From contig JBHGNT010000013.1 in assembly GCA_043228905.1 (NCBI GenBank), positions 310,001 to 374,000 on the forward strand: DNA of 64,000 nt, given 5' to 3'. Both the position numbers and the translations under genes were made by a program. Below, one piece after another: positions 40,301 to 52,196 of this stretch. The notes under the pieces are model-generated. The model had not been told where the DNA came from. It saw nothing but the letters and a program-made list of their open reading frames with translations, and searched no databases. This stretch comes from Azolla caroliniana (Eukaryota; Plantae; Polypodiophyta). Position 1 is the stretch's first letter. Each line of letters opens with the position of its first letter.

Positions 40301-41425
40301 ATCCTTCAGCAGCATCTTGCATCCGGTTGATGTCATCAGCCACACGTCTCCTATGCCGGCAATCCGGCATGTGCCTTCATTTCCCATCCGGACACAGCCG
40401 TGCTCACCGGCTGTGTAGGATGAGAAGTATTTCTTCTCCGGGGTCAGGTGGAACGACGCTCCGGAATCGACCACCCAGGTCATCTCTACACCGGCAAGGT
40501 TCAGCTCCCTCTCTTCGGTAATGAGCATTATCTCTTCTTCACTTGCCGCGAGTGCCGTCGTTCCTTTCCGGTCCTGCCCTCGCCGATCCGGACCTCTCCG
40601 GTCCGTGGCTCCCCGGTATGCACCGTTTCTCTCCGGTGACTTCTTCGAATCGGTGTCGTCGGCTCCGTTGTCCTTTCGGTAATGCCGACAATTCTTCCGG
40701 AAGTGCCCCGGCTTCCCACAGTGGAAGCATGTGGGCCTTCCTCTTGACTGCGACCGGGTCCCCGACTTCTCCCGTCTTTGCGGACTCCGGTTCCATTGTC
40801 TTCCCCGATCCGATTCGGTAAGCAGCATCTTCGGATCGGAAACCAGTTCTTTATCTCTCCGACGCGCTTCTTCGTTCAAAATGCTTGTCTTTACCGTTTG
40901 TAGAGACAAGTTATCTTCGGTGCAGGAGGTGTTGAGAGTCACCACCAAGTTCTCCCAGCTTTCCGGCAATGTACACATCAGAATGATGGCTTGCATTGCA
41001 TCCTCCAACGGGAACTTGATCGCCGCAAGCTGGTTCACGAATCCCATGAACGTGCTCACGTGTTCCACCATATTCTCGCCGTCCCGGTACTTGAGGTTCA
41101 CTATCTTCCTCATCAGGGAGGTCCGGTTCAACGCATTCTTCCTCTCGTAGAGGCCCGACAGCTTCTTCCACATCTCATATGCGTTGGTGTCGTTCGCCAC
41201 ATGTTGTAGGACGCTTACATCGACATATTGCCGGATCGTCGCTACGGCTTTCCGGTTCAGGAGCTTCCACTCCGACTCTATTACTCCCTTGGGTATCTCG
41301 GCATTGTCGATCGGTTCGTACAGGTCTCGGACGATGAGAAGGTCTTCCATCTTTATCTTCCAATCGGCGTAGTTCTGTGAGTTCAACATCATCATGCCCG
41401 GAGGCCCACTACCGCAGCCTTCCAT
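37352..41425 (-). pseudogene. Copia gag-pol polyprotein with one in-frame TGA and YVND in RT
   Basis: CFHCGKPGHFRKNC, WVVDSGAS, INT, RT and RNase H are all in one frame; stop at 40277-40279. Confidence 0.93.
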
Positions 41426-44400
41426 TTTCTGTGTTACCGTCGCTCTGATACCACTTGTTGAAAAACCGTGCTCGGCCACAACCGAGGAATAGGATCAACT
41501 CACAGAAAACGGGAAATACAAAGTGCACGAGGACAATAGAGAGGAAGGTACACTGGATGTTTTACGTGGAAAACCCTAAATGGGAAAAACCACGGGAGTC
41601 CTCAAACTCCAACTATCACTATGAACAGGGATGTACACTGGTGAAGCTACAAGGCAACAACCTTGAGTTCACTATCTTCGCCACAGGCGGCGGTAATACA
41701 CAGAGGCAACGACCTCTTCGTCTCTCTCTCTCTCTCGCTCACTCTCTCTCTCTCGGCTGCTCTCACTTCGCATAAAAAATGAGCAACAACACAAACTGTT
41801 TGCCCTAAGTCATATTTATACACATATGACTTTCGGGCTATTTACAAATATAGCCTCAAGGGCTCTTGGCAAACATATTCACAAATATGTCCCCGCATCC
41901 GGATCTCTCTCCGGGTACATTCGTCATCCGGCTCCGTAACCGGGGTCTTCATCATCCGGCTCCGTAGCCGGGGTATTCATCATCCGGCTCCGTAGCCGGG
42001 GTCTTCATCATCCGGCTCCGTAACCGGGGTCTTCATCATCCGGCTCCGTAGCCGGGATATTCATCATCCGGCTCCGTAACCGCAACCGGGCTTGCCGTCA
42101 TTCATCTCCGGACATCCCATCCGGAGGGACCGTAATCCCAACAATAATTCCATCCAAGAGGTGTGTCTCGATTGATGGAGTGGTACATCTTCTTTCTCTG
42201 TGTTGATGAATTCATCACCCTTTCTCTTGTGGGTGTCTTCTTGCTTTCTTTCATGGGTGTCCTTCTTCCTTCCTTCACTGGTGTCTTCACTTTCTCTTTC
42301 ATCAATGTCTTCTTTATGGGTGTCCTTCTCGTCATTGTCCTAGTCAACAAAATTCTCAGGGAATGAATATGCATGTACTAGAAGAAAACTCAAGCAATTA
42401 CCATCAACACATAGCAAATCATCACATTGCATGTACAAACCATGTCAAACACACAATAACCCTAAATAGTCGGAAAAAAACTCATCCATGTCAAACACAC
42501 AGACAATAAAAACAGACGGATAGGAAAGTCAAAGAAAACGAAAACATTGTAAATCATCATAGCCAACTCCATCACATCGCATGTACAAGCCATGTCAAAC
42601 ACACAGAAACCCAAAATAGTCGGAAAAACACTCATCCATGTCAAACTCACACAAAATAAAACAGATGGACAGGAAGAACAAAACGAAAACATAGCAACTC
42701 ATCATAGCCAACTCCATTTACGTTGCATGTACAAACTTGTCTAACACACAACCACCTCGATCAAAATATTGTCATACATTTTTAAAAGAAACATAGAGAA
42801 ACACAGAGAAAACAAAAACATACCAGTTGGGCATGCAACACATAGACTATGAATAATCAAACCCTAAAAATGGCCATACACATGCAAATAAAAAACAGAC
42901 AGACAGGAAACATTTAGAAAAAGAAAACATACCAGTTAGGCATGCAACACAAAGAATACCTAGAGGTCGTACAACTTGCAGAGGTACCACACCGTGTTGA
43001 TTTCGACAAACAAGGTTGCTGCAGAGGAGACAAACGAGCATAGACAGAGGAGACAAACGAGCATACACAAGGAAGGAAAATCAACAACACATACAACGAG
43101 TAGGGGAAACAAAAAAATCTGCGTATACAGAGTTCAGAGATCGAACCTGGCACAGAGGGGAACACAAGAACAACTACGCGGGGAAACAGAGAATCGAAGG
43201 TGGAGTGAGAGAGAGAAACAGAAAGAAAGAAAGAAACAGAGCTTCGAAGGTGGAGTGAGAGAGAGAAAGAGAGAGATAGACCTGTAATAGATATGTCATC
43301 TTTCTTTAACTTTCTGCCACTGTCTGTCTGACAACTTCGAGACAGAAGAGAGAGAGAGAGAGAGTGAGAGAGAGAGACATACCAATTGACACGTTCGACT
43401 ACCCATACCAGAGAGAGAGAGAGAGAGAGATACTGAGACTGACCAACTGTCACAATGGATACCTTCTCCAGGTGTGCTTTCGTACAACTCTACCTCTAGG
43501 GACATTTCGAGTGTGACGTATAATATCTTTGTGCAAATGAATTTGTTTTTTGTTTTTTGAAATTTATTTACAATTTTTAATGTTTATTTTCTTCTTCGAT
43601 TTAGTACTAAATTTTTGGCCAAAAGTTGGTACACCGTAGCATGCTTCGACCCTATTAGATATTTACTAATTAGGAAATCAATGTGTATCTCTGTCAGAAG
43701 GGACAAAGAATAAAGTTAGCATGTTTTGATGTAACGGCCTCCTCGGCAACCTATAAAAGGGAAGGGGAAAAGAAGAAGAGGTATCGCGTTTTGGGGAGAA
43801 GAAAGGAGGTGTTGTCAGACTGGGAAACGAGCTCTCTCTTCCTCTATCATCATTCTCCGCAAGGTTGCCATCGTTGTAATTGTCACTTTTATTATAATTG
43901 AATCTCTTGTTTCCGTCTACTTGTGTTATTTGTGTTATCTGGTTTTTTGGGAGTGTCGTCTTTCACCTCTCTTGAGTGTGCTCCTTGAGTAAGTCGGCAT
44001 ATGCGTTGGTGGTTCAATCACCGGGGAAGTGCTGCCGGTTGCTGACAGACCTAGCCTGCCTTGCACTTGCGTGCTTCTCACTTCCTCTTGTCTCTCTTGC
44101 TCCTCGGTTCAGGGCCCCCGTGGTCCTGCCTTATTTCACACGCGAAAGCGTAACAACACAACAACGTACCAACATATTTTGTAGTAAACGAGGGGGAAAT
44201 AAGGACTCTTGACATATATGTTTCTTTTAAAAAACATATATGGGCAAATGCCTCGCATATCTCTTATACGCATGAACTATTAACCATTCAAGAAGAGTAA
44301 CCTACTTGGTTGGCTCAAGTGTTTAATGCATTTGTTCTTGAGGTCTCGAGTTTAAATATGACCAAGACCATACAACATCGTTGATACATATCACTATAAC

Positions 44401-44806
44401 ACATGTTTAGACTTGAGGTCTAAGTGCACTTCAAGGTCCTCGTAATAGGACATAAAGAGCCGAAACCACATATGTGGGCACCGAAACATAGTTTATTGTT
44501 AACATTTTTTTTATGTATAAACTACTCATGACGCGAACATACATGGTTGAGCCTCAGGAAACCTCCATGAAAAAAATCGATATAGAGATCAGGGAAAGAC
44601 ATTTATTTGTCACCCCCATGGTTTTTAAAACACCTTTGTGTTACCATAGTAACCTGATCTTGAACCTTATCTCAAACGTCTAGAGGGGTATTGACGTGAG
44701 ATCATGATATCGATTAATGTTTGCCCATGATATGTTTACATCACGACATGATGTTATGACTATTTGTCTGACCTTATCCTATTTCTTTGCCAGAAATAAC
44801 CAATCA

Positions 44807-47800
44807 ATGGCTCAAAATAACGATCCGATGTCATCCGCTCAAGGAGAAAGAAAGTTCAAGGAAATCCTCCTGGACAAATGTCCATTGAGATGTATTTTTC
44901 GCAACTAACCCAATACCTTAGTTTCATTGCTCAACAGATGGCCGAACTTCGGCAATCTCAAAGTGCTCTCGAGGCACTTGTCATTAGTTTACAGCATGAG
45001 ACTAATAGACTTGATGAGCGATAGGGTGAACCATCCTTTGTCGTTAAACCATTTACGGGAGAAAAAAAGAAAAGAACCGAAGAAGCAATCTACACGTGGT
45101 TGGGTCGATGGGAGTCTCATTTTGAGCTCTATCCCATGCCAGATAGTACGAAGATTGCATATGTCGGCCAAGAACTAGGGGTTAAGGTTGCCGTCTGGTG
45201 GGGTGGGCTCCGTACTTTGGGGAAATTGCCCGATACCTAAACAAATTTTGTCACAGTTTTTAAGGGCCAATTTCTACAACCTCCCTCTCGAACCAAGGCT
45301 ACTCAAGCTTTAATGAACCTCTCTAGCAGGAAGTTTTCCTCGCTAGAAGACTATGTCCACCATGCTAGAACCCAAATCCAAAAATTGGGTCTAGAAGGGG
45401 ACAATTGGTTAATAGCTTGTTTTGTCAATGGCCTCCCCAATTCGGACTATCACTGGATAGTGCATGATAAGGATCCAAAATCCTTCGAAGAGGCCGTTGA
45501 AATAATTCTTTGCTATCAACGCACTTTGCAGAAGGATCACAACAAACCCAACAAAGCGGCTTGAACTAAGTAGTCGCAATTTGCTAGGAAACGCAAGACA
45601 CCCAATGAATTCATGGATCGCGATTGTAAGTGACAACATCCTTTTTGTGTATTCTGCAAAAAGAAGGGTCATACAAAAGAACAATGTCAAAAGCTCCAAC
45701 GGAAAGAGCACGATAGCAAAGCTAAAGCTGTAGACCATAAAGGTCAGATTCCTAATGTCCTTCAGATCTATACACATCATTTAAGTAATTCTCAATGTTA
45801 TTTCCCTCACTATGTATTGGGTCCTAATGATTTACTACGTGCAAACGGGTATATCAATGGATCTCCCGTACAATTTTTGTTTGATTCGGGAAGCTCACAC
45901 AACTTTGTCAATGATCGTTTGGTTCAGATATGGAGAATCCAACCCACTGTAAGTGATCACACCTATATGGTGCACTTGGTTGACGGAAGAGTACAATACA
46001 TCAACGACGCGGTTCATTCATTAGGAATTTCTATTGACACTTATATAGAGGAAGTAGACTTTCATGTAATGAATCTTGTACCACTGATGTAATACTGGGT
46101 TATCCCTAATTTTATAATAAAAACTCATCTTTATCTATCGATTGGGTTCATCATTCAATAACTTTTGTACTGAACGATTGTACTCATTTTATTCAATGTG
46201 TAAAAAAACAATCCCTCTCGATTGTTTCCTCTCCATAAATATCTGAGTTGTCTTGTTCTACTCTATGTTATTGTGTACTTGATCCTAACATTCATGTTTA
46301 CAATATTGATAATGTCTAGGTTCAATTAACATATTTTGAACAACAATAACTTGATGAAATCTTAAATGATTTTTTTGATGTTTTTCCGAGTGAACTACCA
46401 GATGGGTTACCTCCTAAATGTAATATAGAACATCGTATAGATATTGTACCTAGCGTTGCACCAATAAGTATACCTCCTTATCACTTAAGTCGATCCGAAG
46501 AGGATGAGGTATCTAAGCAACTCAAGGGCTATTTATGAATGGGTTATATACGTTATAGTAAATCTCCATGGGGTGCACCAGTTCTCTTGGTTAAAAAGAA
46601 AGAGGGCACATGGCATGTGTATCAATTACCGATGCTTGAATAAAGTGACGATCAAGAATTCGTATCCATTGCCCCGGGTTGACGATCTAATTGACCATCT
46701 CCAGGGAGCTCGGTATTTTACGAAACTTGATCTCCATACTGGCTACCATCAAATTCATGTAAGTGAGGACGATGTTCCTAAAACGGCATTTTGTACGCGC
46801 TATGGCCATTATGAGTTTTTGGTTATGCCTTTTGGTTTGACCAATGCTCTGGCTACATTTCAACAAGAAATGAATGACATTTTCCGAGAACAACTTGGAA
46901 AATTTGTCATTATTTTCTTGGATGATATTTTAGTTTATAGCCGTACATTACAAGAACATGCTAAACATGTCTGCTTTGTTTTACAAACATTGCGTGACAA
47001 ACAATTTTATGCGAAGATCTCAAAATGTGAGTTCTTCAAGAAATCAATTACTTATCTTGGACATCTCATAACCGAACGAGGAGTTGAAATTGATCCTTCT
47101 CGCATCGAGAAAATCAAGCTTTGGCCCACTCTTCAGAATATTCGAGAAGTTTGATCATTCCTTGGTTTTGTCGAGTTTTTGCGAAAATCCCTTTGTAATT
47201 ACTCCTAATTGACGACGTCGTTTACTGATCTTTTAAATGGTCAAACGCGTAAGTCTACAAAACCTATTGTCAAGAATGCTACACTAGACCTCGCCTTTAA
47301 GGAACTCAAGGACCTGGTGTGCGAGGCTCCTTCACTTCTTTTACCTGATCCCTCAAAACCTTTTGAGGTTGAAATCGATGCAAGTGATTATGCTATAGGT
47401 GTTGTCTTATATCAAGATGGTAAACCAATAACATTCGAGAGTAAGAAACTTGATTCTGCTCAATGTCGGTATACCGTTCAAGAAAAGGAATTATTTGGAG
47501 TTATACATGCGCTCAAAACATGGCGCCATTATCTTTATGGAAATCGATTTGTGGTAACTACGGACCACGAGTCCTTGAAATATTTTTGTGACCAACAAGA
47601 CCTGAAAGGTTGTAAGACACGATGGGCTAATCTCATCCACGACTTTGATTTTTCCATACAATATTGTAAAGGTTCCATGAACACCGTCGTTAATGCACTA
47701 AGTCGCATCCGTGAAGTTAACATGCTTAGCTTCACTGAAATATCATCAGATCTTTATGATCACCTTCAAGGAATGTATTGTGATGACAGTTATTTCGCAA

Positions 47801-48623
47801 AATACAAGGCAAGAGTTGAATCTGGAACATACACCACCACATCCTCGAAGGAATACTTCCACATTGCTAACGGTCTGCTCTACCGTAATGGGAAGGTTTG
47901 TGTTCCAGATATCCCCGAGGTCAAAAAGAGAATTCGTTTTGAATGCCATGATGCACCCTCAACAAGGCACCCTGGAATACATCATGGTTTTCAGCCACGA
48001 GCCCCGATTGATGTTAATATACATCATGATGAGTTGCGAAGTACACATAACTTTCTTCGGGATATGCAAGATATGTTGCATATTGCACGAGATAATATAA
48101 AAACAACTCAAGATAGAGCGTGTTTTTATGCCGATCATCATAGGCAACCTCGTGTAGTCAACCTTGGACAGAAGGTATTTTTACGTGTACCTCACAATTC
48201 TAAGACATTGTCTAAGGGTAAGTGCGCTAAGTTAGCCCACGGTTTTGTGGACCTTTTACACTCCTCAAACGCATTGGGTCATCGGCCTACCGTCCCACTC
48301 TTCCCGATGGTGTTGAAATTCATCTAGTTTTTCATGTGAGTCGTTTAAAAGAACTTCTAGGTTCTGGCGACAATATAGTTGCAACTGAAACTCTGGTTAC
48401 TTCTGAAGAATTATCTTCTAAACCACATGTACTAGAAAGAATTCTCGATGTTAAAACAAAAAAATTACGTACTAAAGAAGTACGAGAATTTAAAATAAAA
48501 TGGATGGATAAATCAATAAAAGATGCCACATTGGAACGTGAAAATACTCTCAGAACTAACTTCCCTAACTTTCCATTGCAAGAGTGCAATGTTTTAAAGC
48601 CGGGGAGTATGTTACGGGCATGA
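44807..48623 (+). pseudogene. Chromovirus copy 1 gag-pol, integrase core deleted
   Basis: PR LFDSGSSHNF, RT KLDLHTGYHQ / MPFGLTNA / FLDDILVYS, RNase H DASDYAIG, chromodomain ERILD..FKIKW..DAT. Deletion near 47980 relative to copy 2. Confidence 0.9.
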
Positions 48624-49067
48624 CCATATAATATCCCGTGGTGAGAATTTACCGTAGTATTCTATACACGTGGATAAGTGTGAGGGTTAAACGAGAGTGT
48701 AAAAAATGGGAGGATTACTTTTAATCCTCGGGATTGAGACAACCCATTAGGCCAAGTGTGAACTTGCCTGGGTGCCTTGGGTATCGCTATAAATAAGAGG
48801 CCTAACTACCCTCATTTCATCATCTTATTGACTACGTCGAGATCTGTCTTGTGGTGGGTCAACTCTTATAGCGAGCACGCCAGCACCAGGTACGACTCGA
48901 CGCCACGACGGTGGTATACGACACCGATCGAGGCTCGAGTCCATCTCGATCCCTTCGCTCGGGGGTGGTTGGGTGGATCGGCACCCTTCTTTCTCTCTCT
49001 CTCCATTCTATCTATTTATCTATATTCTATCCTTATCTAATGCTTACATTAGTTCATGTATCTAATA
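48610..49067 (+). repeat. Chromovirus 3' LTR (TG..TA ends)
   Basis: Follows PPT; homologous to 57699-58148. Confidence 0.9.
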
Positions 49068-50624
49068 ACTGTGCATTCTAAGCTTCCATTAAACTTGTGT
49101 TTATTCTCTGTTGCTATCCGGTGTAACCAGTTTTGTCCAAGCTTCCGCATATTAACTTTGACACATTACAATGTGTTACATTAGCCAAATGGCTTGTTTG
49201 TAGAGACAATGCTAAAAAAGTTATGACTTTTCAATGAAGAGGTGTTTCTTTAAATAAAGTTTAATAATAAATAACTCTTTGTAATTAATTAATAATTTCT
49301 AATCAATAAAAAATATATATAATATTTAGGTTAAATATTTCCATTCCCCCCCCCCCCCCCCTTAAGCTAATATTCTTTTATTGAAAAATATTGCCGTTTG
49401 AAGAATAGTTTGGCATTGTTAGTCCAATCTTTCGGCAATAAACGATTTGCTTTGTTTGAGGTACTGGCTTTGTTAGAAAATTGACCCAGATTAGTGTTGT
49501 AGGTGCATACTTCAAATCTTCTCTTTGATTAAGTCTTGTAGAAAGTGATGTTTGAAAGAGACATGGCGAATATTATCACTCATTTTCGGATTACAAGCTA
49601 GCTTTATACATGATTGATTATCACAATGAAGGATTATCTTTGAAGTCTTGAACAAGTTAAGTTCTTCAAGTATGGAATTAATCCATATTCCTTCTTTAGC
49701 AGTGAATGCGACAACTACATATTCGGCTTCCATTGAAGATAGTGCGGCCATTGTTTGCTTCTTTGACCTCCACGCTATAGCGGCTCCATCAAGACAATAT
49801 ACGAGGGCGGAAAAAGGTGTACGTCAGTGGCGACGTTCTAAGTTGGCAAACTGTGGTCGCATCATCTTCTAATTGTTCACCTCCTTCACACGTGTTATTT
49901 TTAAGGTTGTGTGTTGGTGCGATGGATTCAAGCAAAGCTGACTCATTGAATTTAACAATTCGGCTATAGAAGAAACTGTTCTTGGTGGGGTCGAATAAAT
50001 AGTAAGATTTGTAGCCATTTGCATCTCTGTATCCAACAAAAATTGCGAGAACATGTTGCGACATTAGGTAACATGTTGCGACAACTTCTTCGCTAAAATT
50101 TTGGAGATAACATGTTGCGACAACTTCTTCCCAAAATGAGGGCGGAAATGACGCTAGGCTAAGCATGCTTCAGGCCAAATTAAGGAGAGTTCGATTATTT
50201 CGTTCAGCTAGGCCATTTTGTTGTGGTGTCGAAGGAATAGAAATTTGTTGTAAAATTCCATGGCCTTTGCAAAATTTTGTGAACATGTTAGATGTATATT
50301 CTCCCCCCTCCGTCAGATTGTAGATATTTCAATTGTACATTTAGTTGCTTTTTTGTTAGTGATTTGTAGTTTGTAAAAGCAGTGAAAGCTTGGTCTTTGC
50401 TTTTGAGGAATTTAAGTATTGTAAACCTTGTGTAATTACTAATCATCTATGAAACTAATGGAATATTTTGATTTAAAAAGTGATTGAGTAGGGAATGGAC
50501 CACATATATCACTATGGACGACTTCAAGAGGTTCGACTTTTTCGTGAATTACTTGTAGGAAACTTTGATGATGCCATTTTGCCAAACACACACGCTTCAA
50601 TAAGTCAATTTTGTAGAACATATC

Positions 50625-51265
50625 TGATGAGGTAGAGATGATAGAAAGGAGAGATAAGGAAGATAAACAGACCCAAAACCACAAAGATCTATTGCTAATG
50701 AATAATTATGATGGAAGGAAGAGAGAAAGAAGATACATAAATCCAAGTCTACAAGGATAAATTGATAACAACTCAACCAACACTACGTGAATAGGCAAGA
50801 AAACATCACAAGAAAGAGACTCCTCTACCACCTTACTCTTCTTGCTTTATATAGAGTTCTCTTCCACTAGATAAGTTTCCCTTGCGTTCTTTTTTAGGCT
50901 TTTTTTAGAGTTTTTCATCGAGTCCTATTCTTATCTATAACACAACAATATTCAAATCGTCATATCTCCCTCGTCTAAGCTCTAAATTTAGATATTTAAA
51001 AAGCTATGGATAGCTCTCTTCACAAGCTTTCTAACCCATATTTACACATTATATTTGGCTTCCAAAAGAATGAGTTATGAGCGTTCGTTTCAGACTGTGT
51101 TTTGGTGGCTTGCTTTTTTCTTCTTTTACTTTTCTCCATCTTTCTTGCTTCTAGTTTGACTTATCCTCAAAACCTTGTCTAGTGATCTTGCCCTCCGGAT
51201 GTGAACGCACCATACCTTATATTCTTGTAGAATTCAATACCTTGAATTCTAAAAACACTTTCACA
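50625..51265. repeat. Solo LTR
   Basis: TG..CA, 641 bp, TSD ATATC (50620-50624 / 51266-51270); removing it restores the copia frame GVPKDMFYKID. Confidence 0.8.
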
Positions 51266-51939
51266 ATATCCTTTGGGACTCCTTGAGCAAGGTGTTGAGT
51301 TTGGAGTGTTTGCATAACAGCAAGATGTGGATGTCTGAGGTGGTAGTGCCAGAGTAAGGTTAGTTCATGCTTCCTTTCGATTTCGATTGCATGAACTTTG
51401 ATTTTTGATTGGGTTATTGGATGTACACTAATTGGATATAACCCTCGTCATTTGCAAGAAGTTCGTATTGTGAGGCCATTTGGGAGCAGATGACGAATCA
51501 CGGCTTGGTTATGATGGACCTCAATGATGGTTCCATTCAAAGTTGCTTGACTTATTGAGAGAAGGTTCTTGGTAATGCCAGGTACATGATACACATTATT
51601 GATGGTGAAATTTACCCCTCCAAGGAGATGAAATGTAAGTTGGCCTTTACCTAATGCTTGCTTTACTCCATTATTTCCAAATCTAACAGTTATTGGATTT
51701 TGTAGGGGTGTGTACCTTTGAAGCCAATCTGATTGATGTGTGAGATGATTCGTTGCTTCGGTGTTTAGATACCATTTTTCATCCTTCTTGGTTGGTATGT
51801 CGTAATAAGTGCTTGTGGTCGACGAATGTTTCTTGGAAATCTTCTAATATTTTGTTTTGCTTAACATTCTTGGGATGAGTGTCCTGGTCTTTTGCAAATA
51901 TTGCAATTGTCATGATAACACTCACATCATGCATCGAAA

Positions 51940-51994
51940 GGATTTGAACCCACGGCCTTGTTATACACATGTCAAATCCTTAACCATTGTATTA
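51940..51994 (-). promoter_or_regulatory. tRNA-like Pol III A/B-box cassette, antisense in LTR U3
   Basis: TAATACAATGG - 33 nt - GGTTCAAATCC; equivalents at 60874-60928, 63344-63398, 62288-62341 and 61978-62032. Confidence 0.6.
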
Positions 51995-52063
51995 ATATTC
52001 TTATATGTATAGTTTTCAGAATATGAAATCTAATATCATAGGAATTATCTATATTACTCTACA

Positions 52064-52196
52064 TTCTAGAATGACCTGTAATATTCTAGAGTGTTCTATA
52101 CACTAGAACCTTCTAGAATACTCTAGAGATCTTCTAGATTACTCTACATTCTAGGATAACCTAGAATATTCTAGAGTGAGCTATTACTTATAAATA
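52064..52196 (+). promoter_or_regulatory. Heat-shock-element-like array and TATA box in LTR
   Basis: GAAccTTCtaGAA and GAAtaTTCtaGA repeats upstream of TATAAATA (52189). Confidence 0.6.

Larger units (their letters stand above)
36654..42143 (-). mobile_element. Young full-length Ty1/copia element (Tnt1/Tork-like)
   Basis: 688-bp LTRs 41456-42143 and 36654-37341, with one difference seen. TSD ATAAT, PBS TGGTATCAGAGC (41453-41442), PPT AGGGGGAGTT. Confidence 0.97.
31898..42374 (-). pseudogene. Second transposon-borne multi-exon gene: basic N-terminus, coiled coil, RING-like finger, acidic disordered tail
   Basis: ORF from 42374 joins the 36648-35809 ORF in frame (GWNY|FLRARP) once the copia is removed. 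RING-like exon 35730-35545 (CIFC..PCLHTYHVLC..C). Tail ORFs 33679-31898. Exon linkage is inferred. Confidence 0.6.
25757..43652 (+). mobile_element. Sola2-like cut-and-paste DNA transposon, 17.9 kb (about 12.4 kb without the nested copia)
   Basis: 26-bp TIR GGGTCGAAGCAyGCTACGGTGTACCA (25757-25782 / 43627-43652, one mismatch) and 4-bp TSD TATT. The empty site is visible in the 5' LTR near 19459. Boundaries are firm; the superfamily name is recalled from GRG termini, 4-bp TSD and DDD motif. Confidence 0.8.
19330..44163 (+). mobile_element. Non-chromovirus Ty3/gypsy element with tRNA-Trp PBS and 4-bp TSD
   Basis: 5' LTR 19330-19969; 3' LTR split into 25624-25756 and 43657-44163; TSD ACGT (19326-19329 / 44164-44167); PBS TGGTGAACCCGACATGAA 19974-19991. 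Confidence 0.92.
18040..49067 (+). mobile_element. Chromodomain Ty3/gypsy element, copy 1 (outer element of the four-level nest)
   Basis: Deleted 5' LTR 18040-18271, PBS TGGTATCAGAGC 18274-18285, leader interrupted at 19330-44163, decayed gag-pol ~44807-48623, 3' LTR 48610-49067. Confidence 0.88.

Noticed and set aside
51930-52000. Functional tRNA genes at the A/B-box cassettes
   Set aside because: No convincing acceptor or anticodon stems; only the boxes and spacing are kept.
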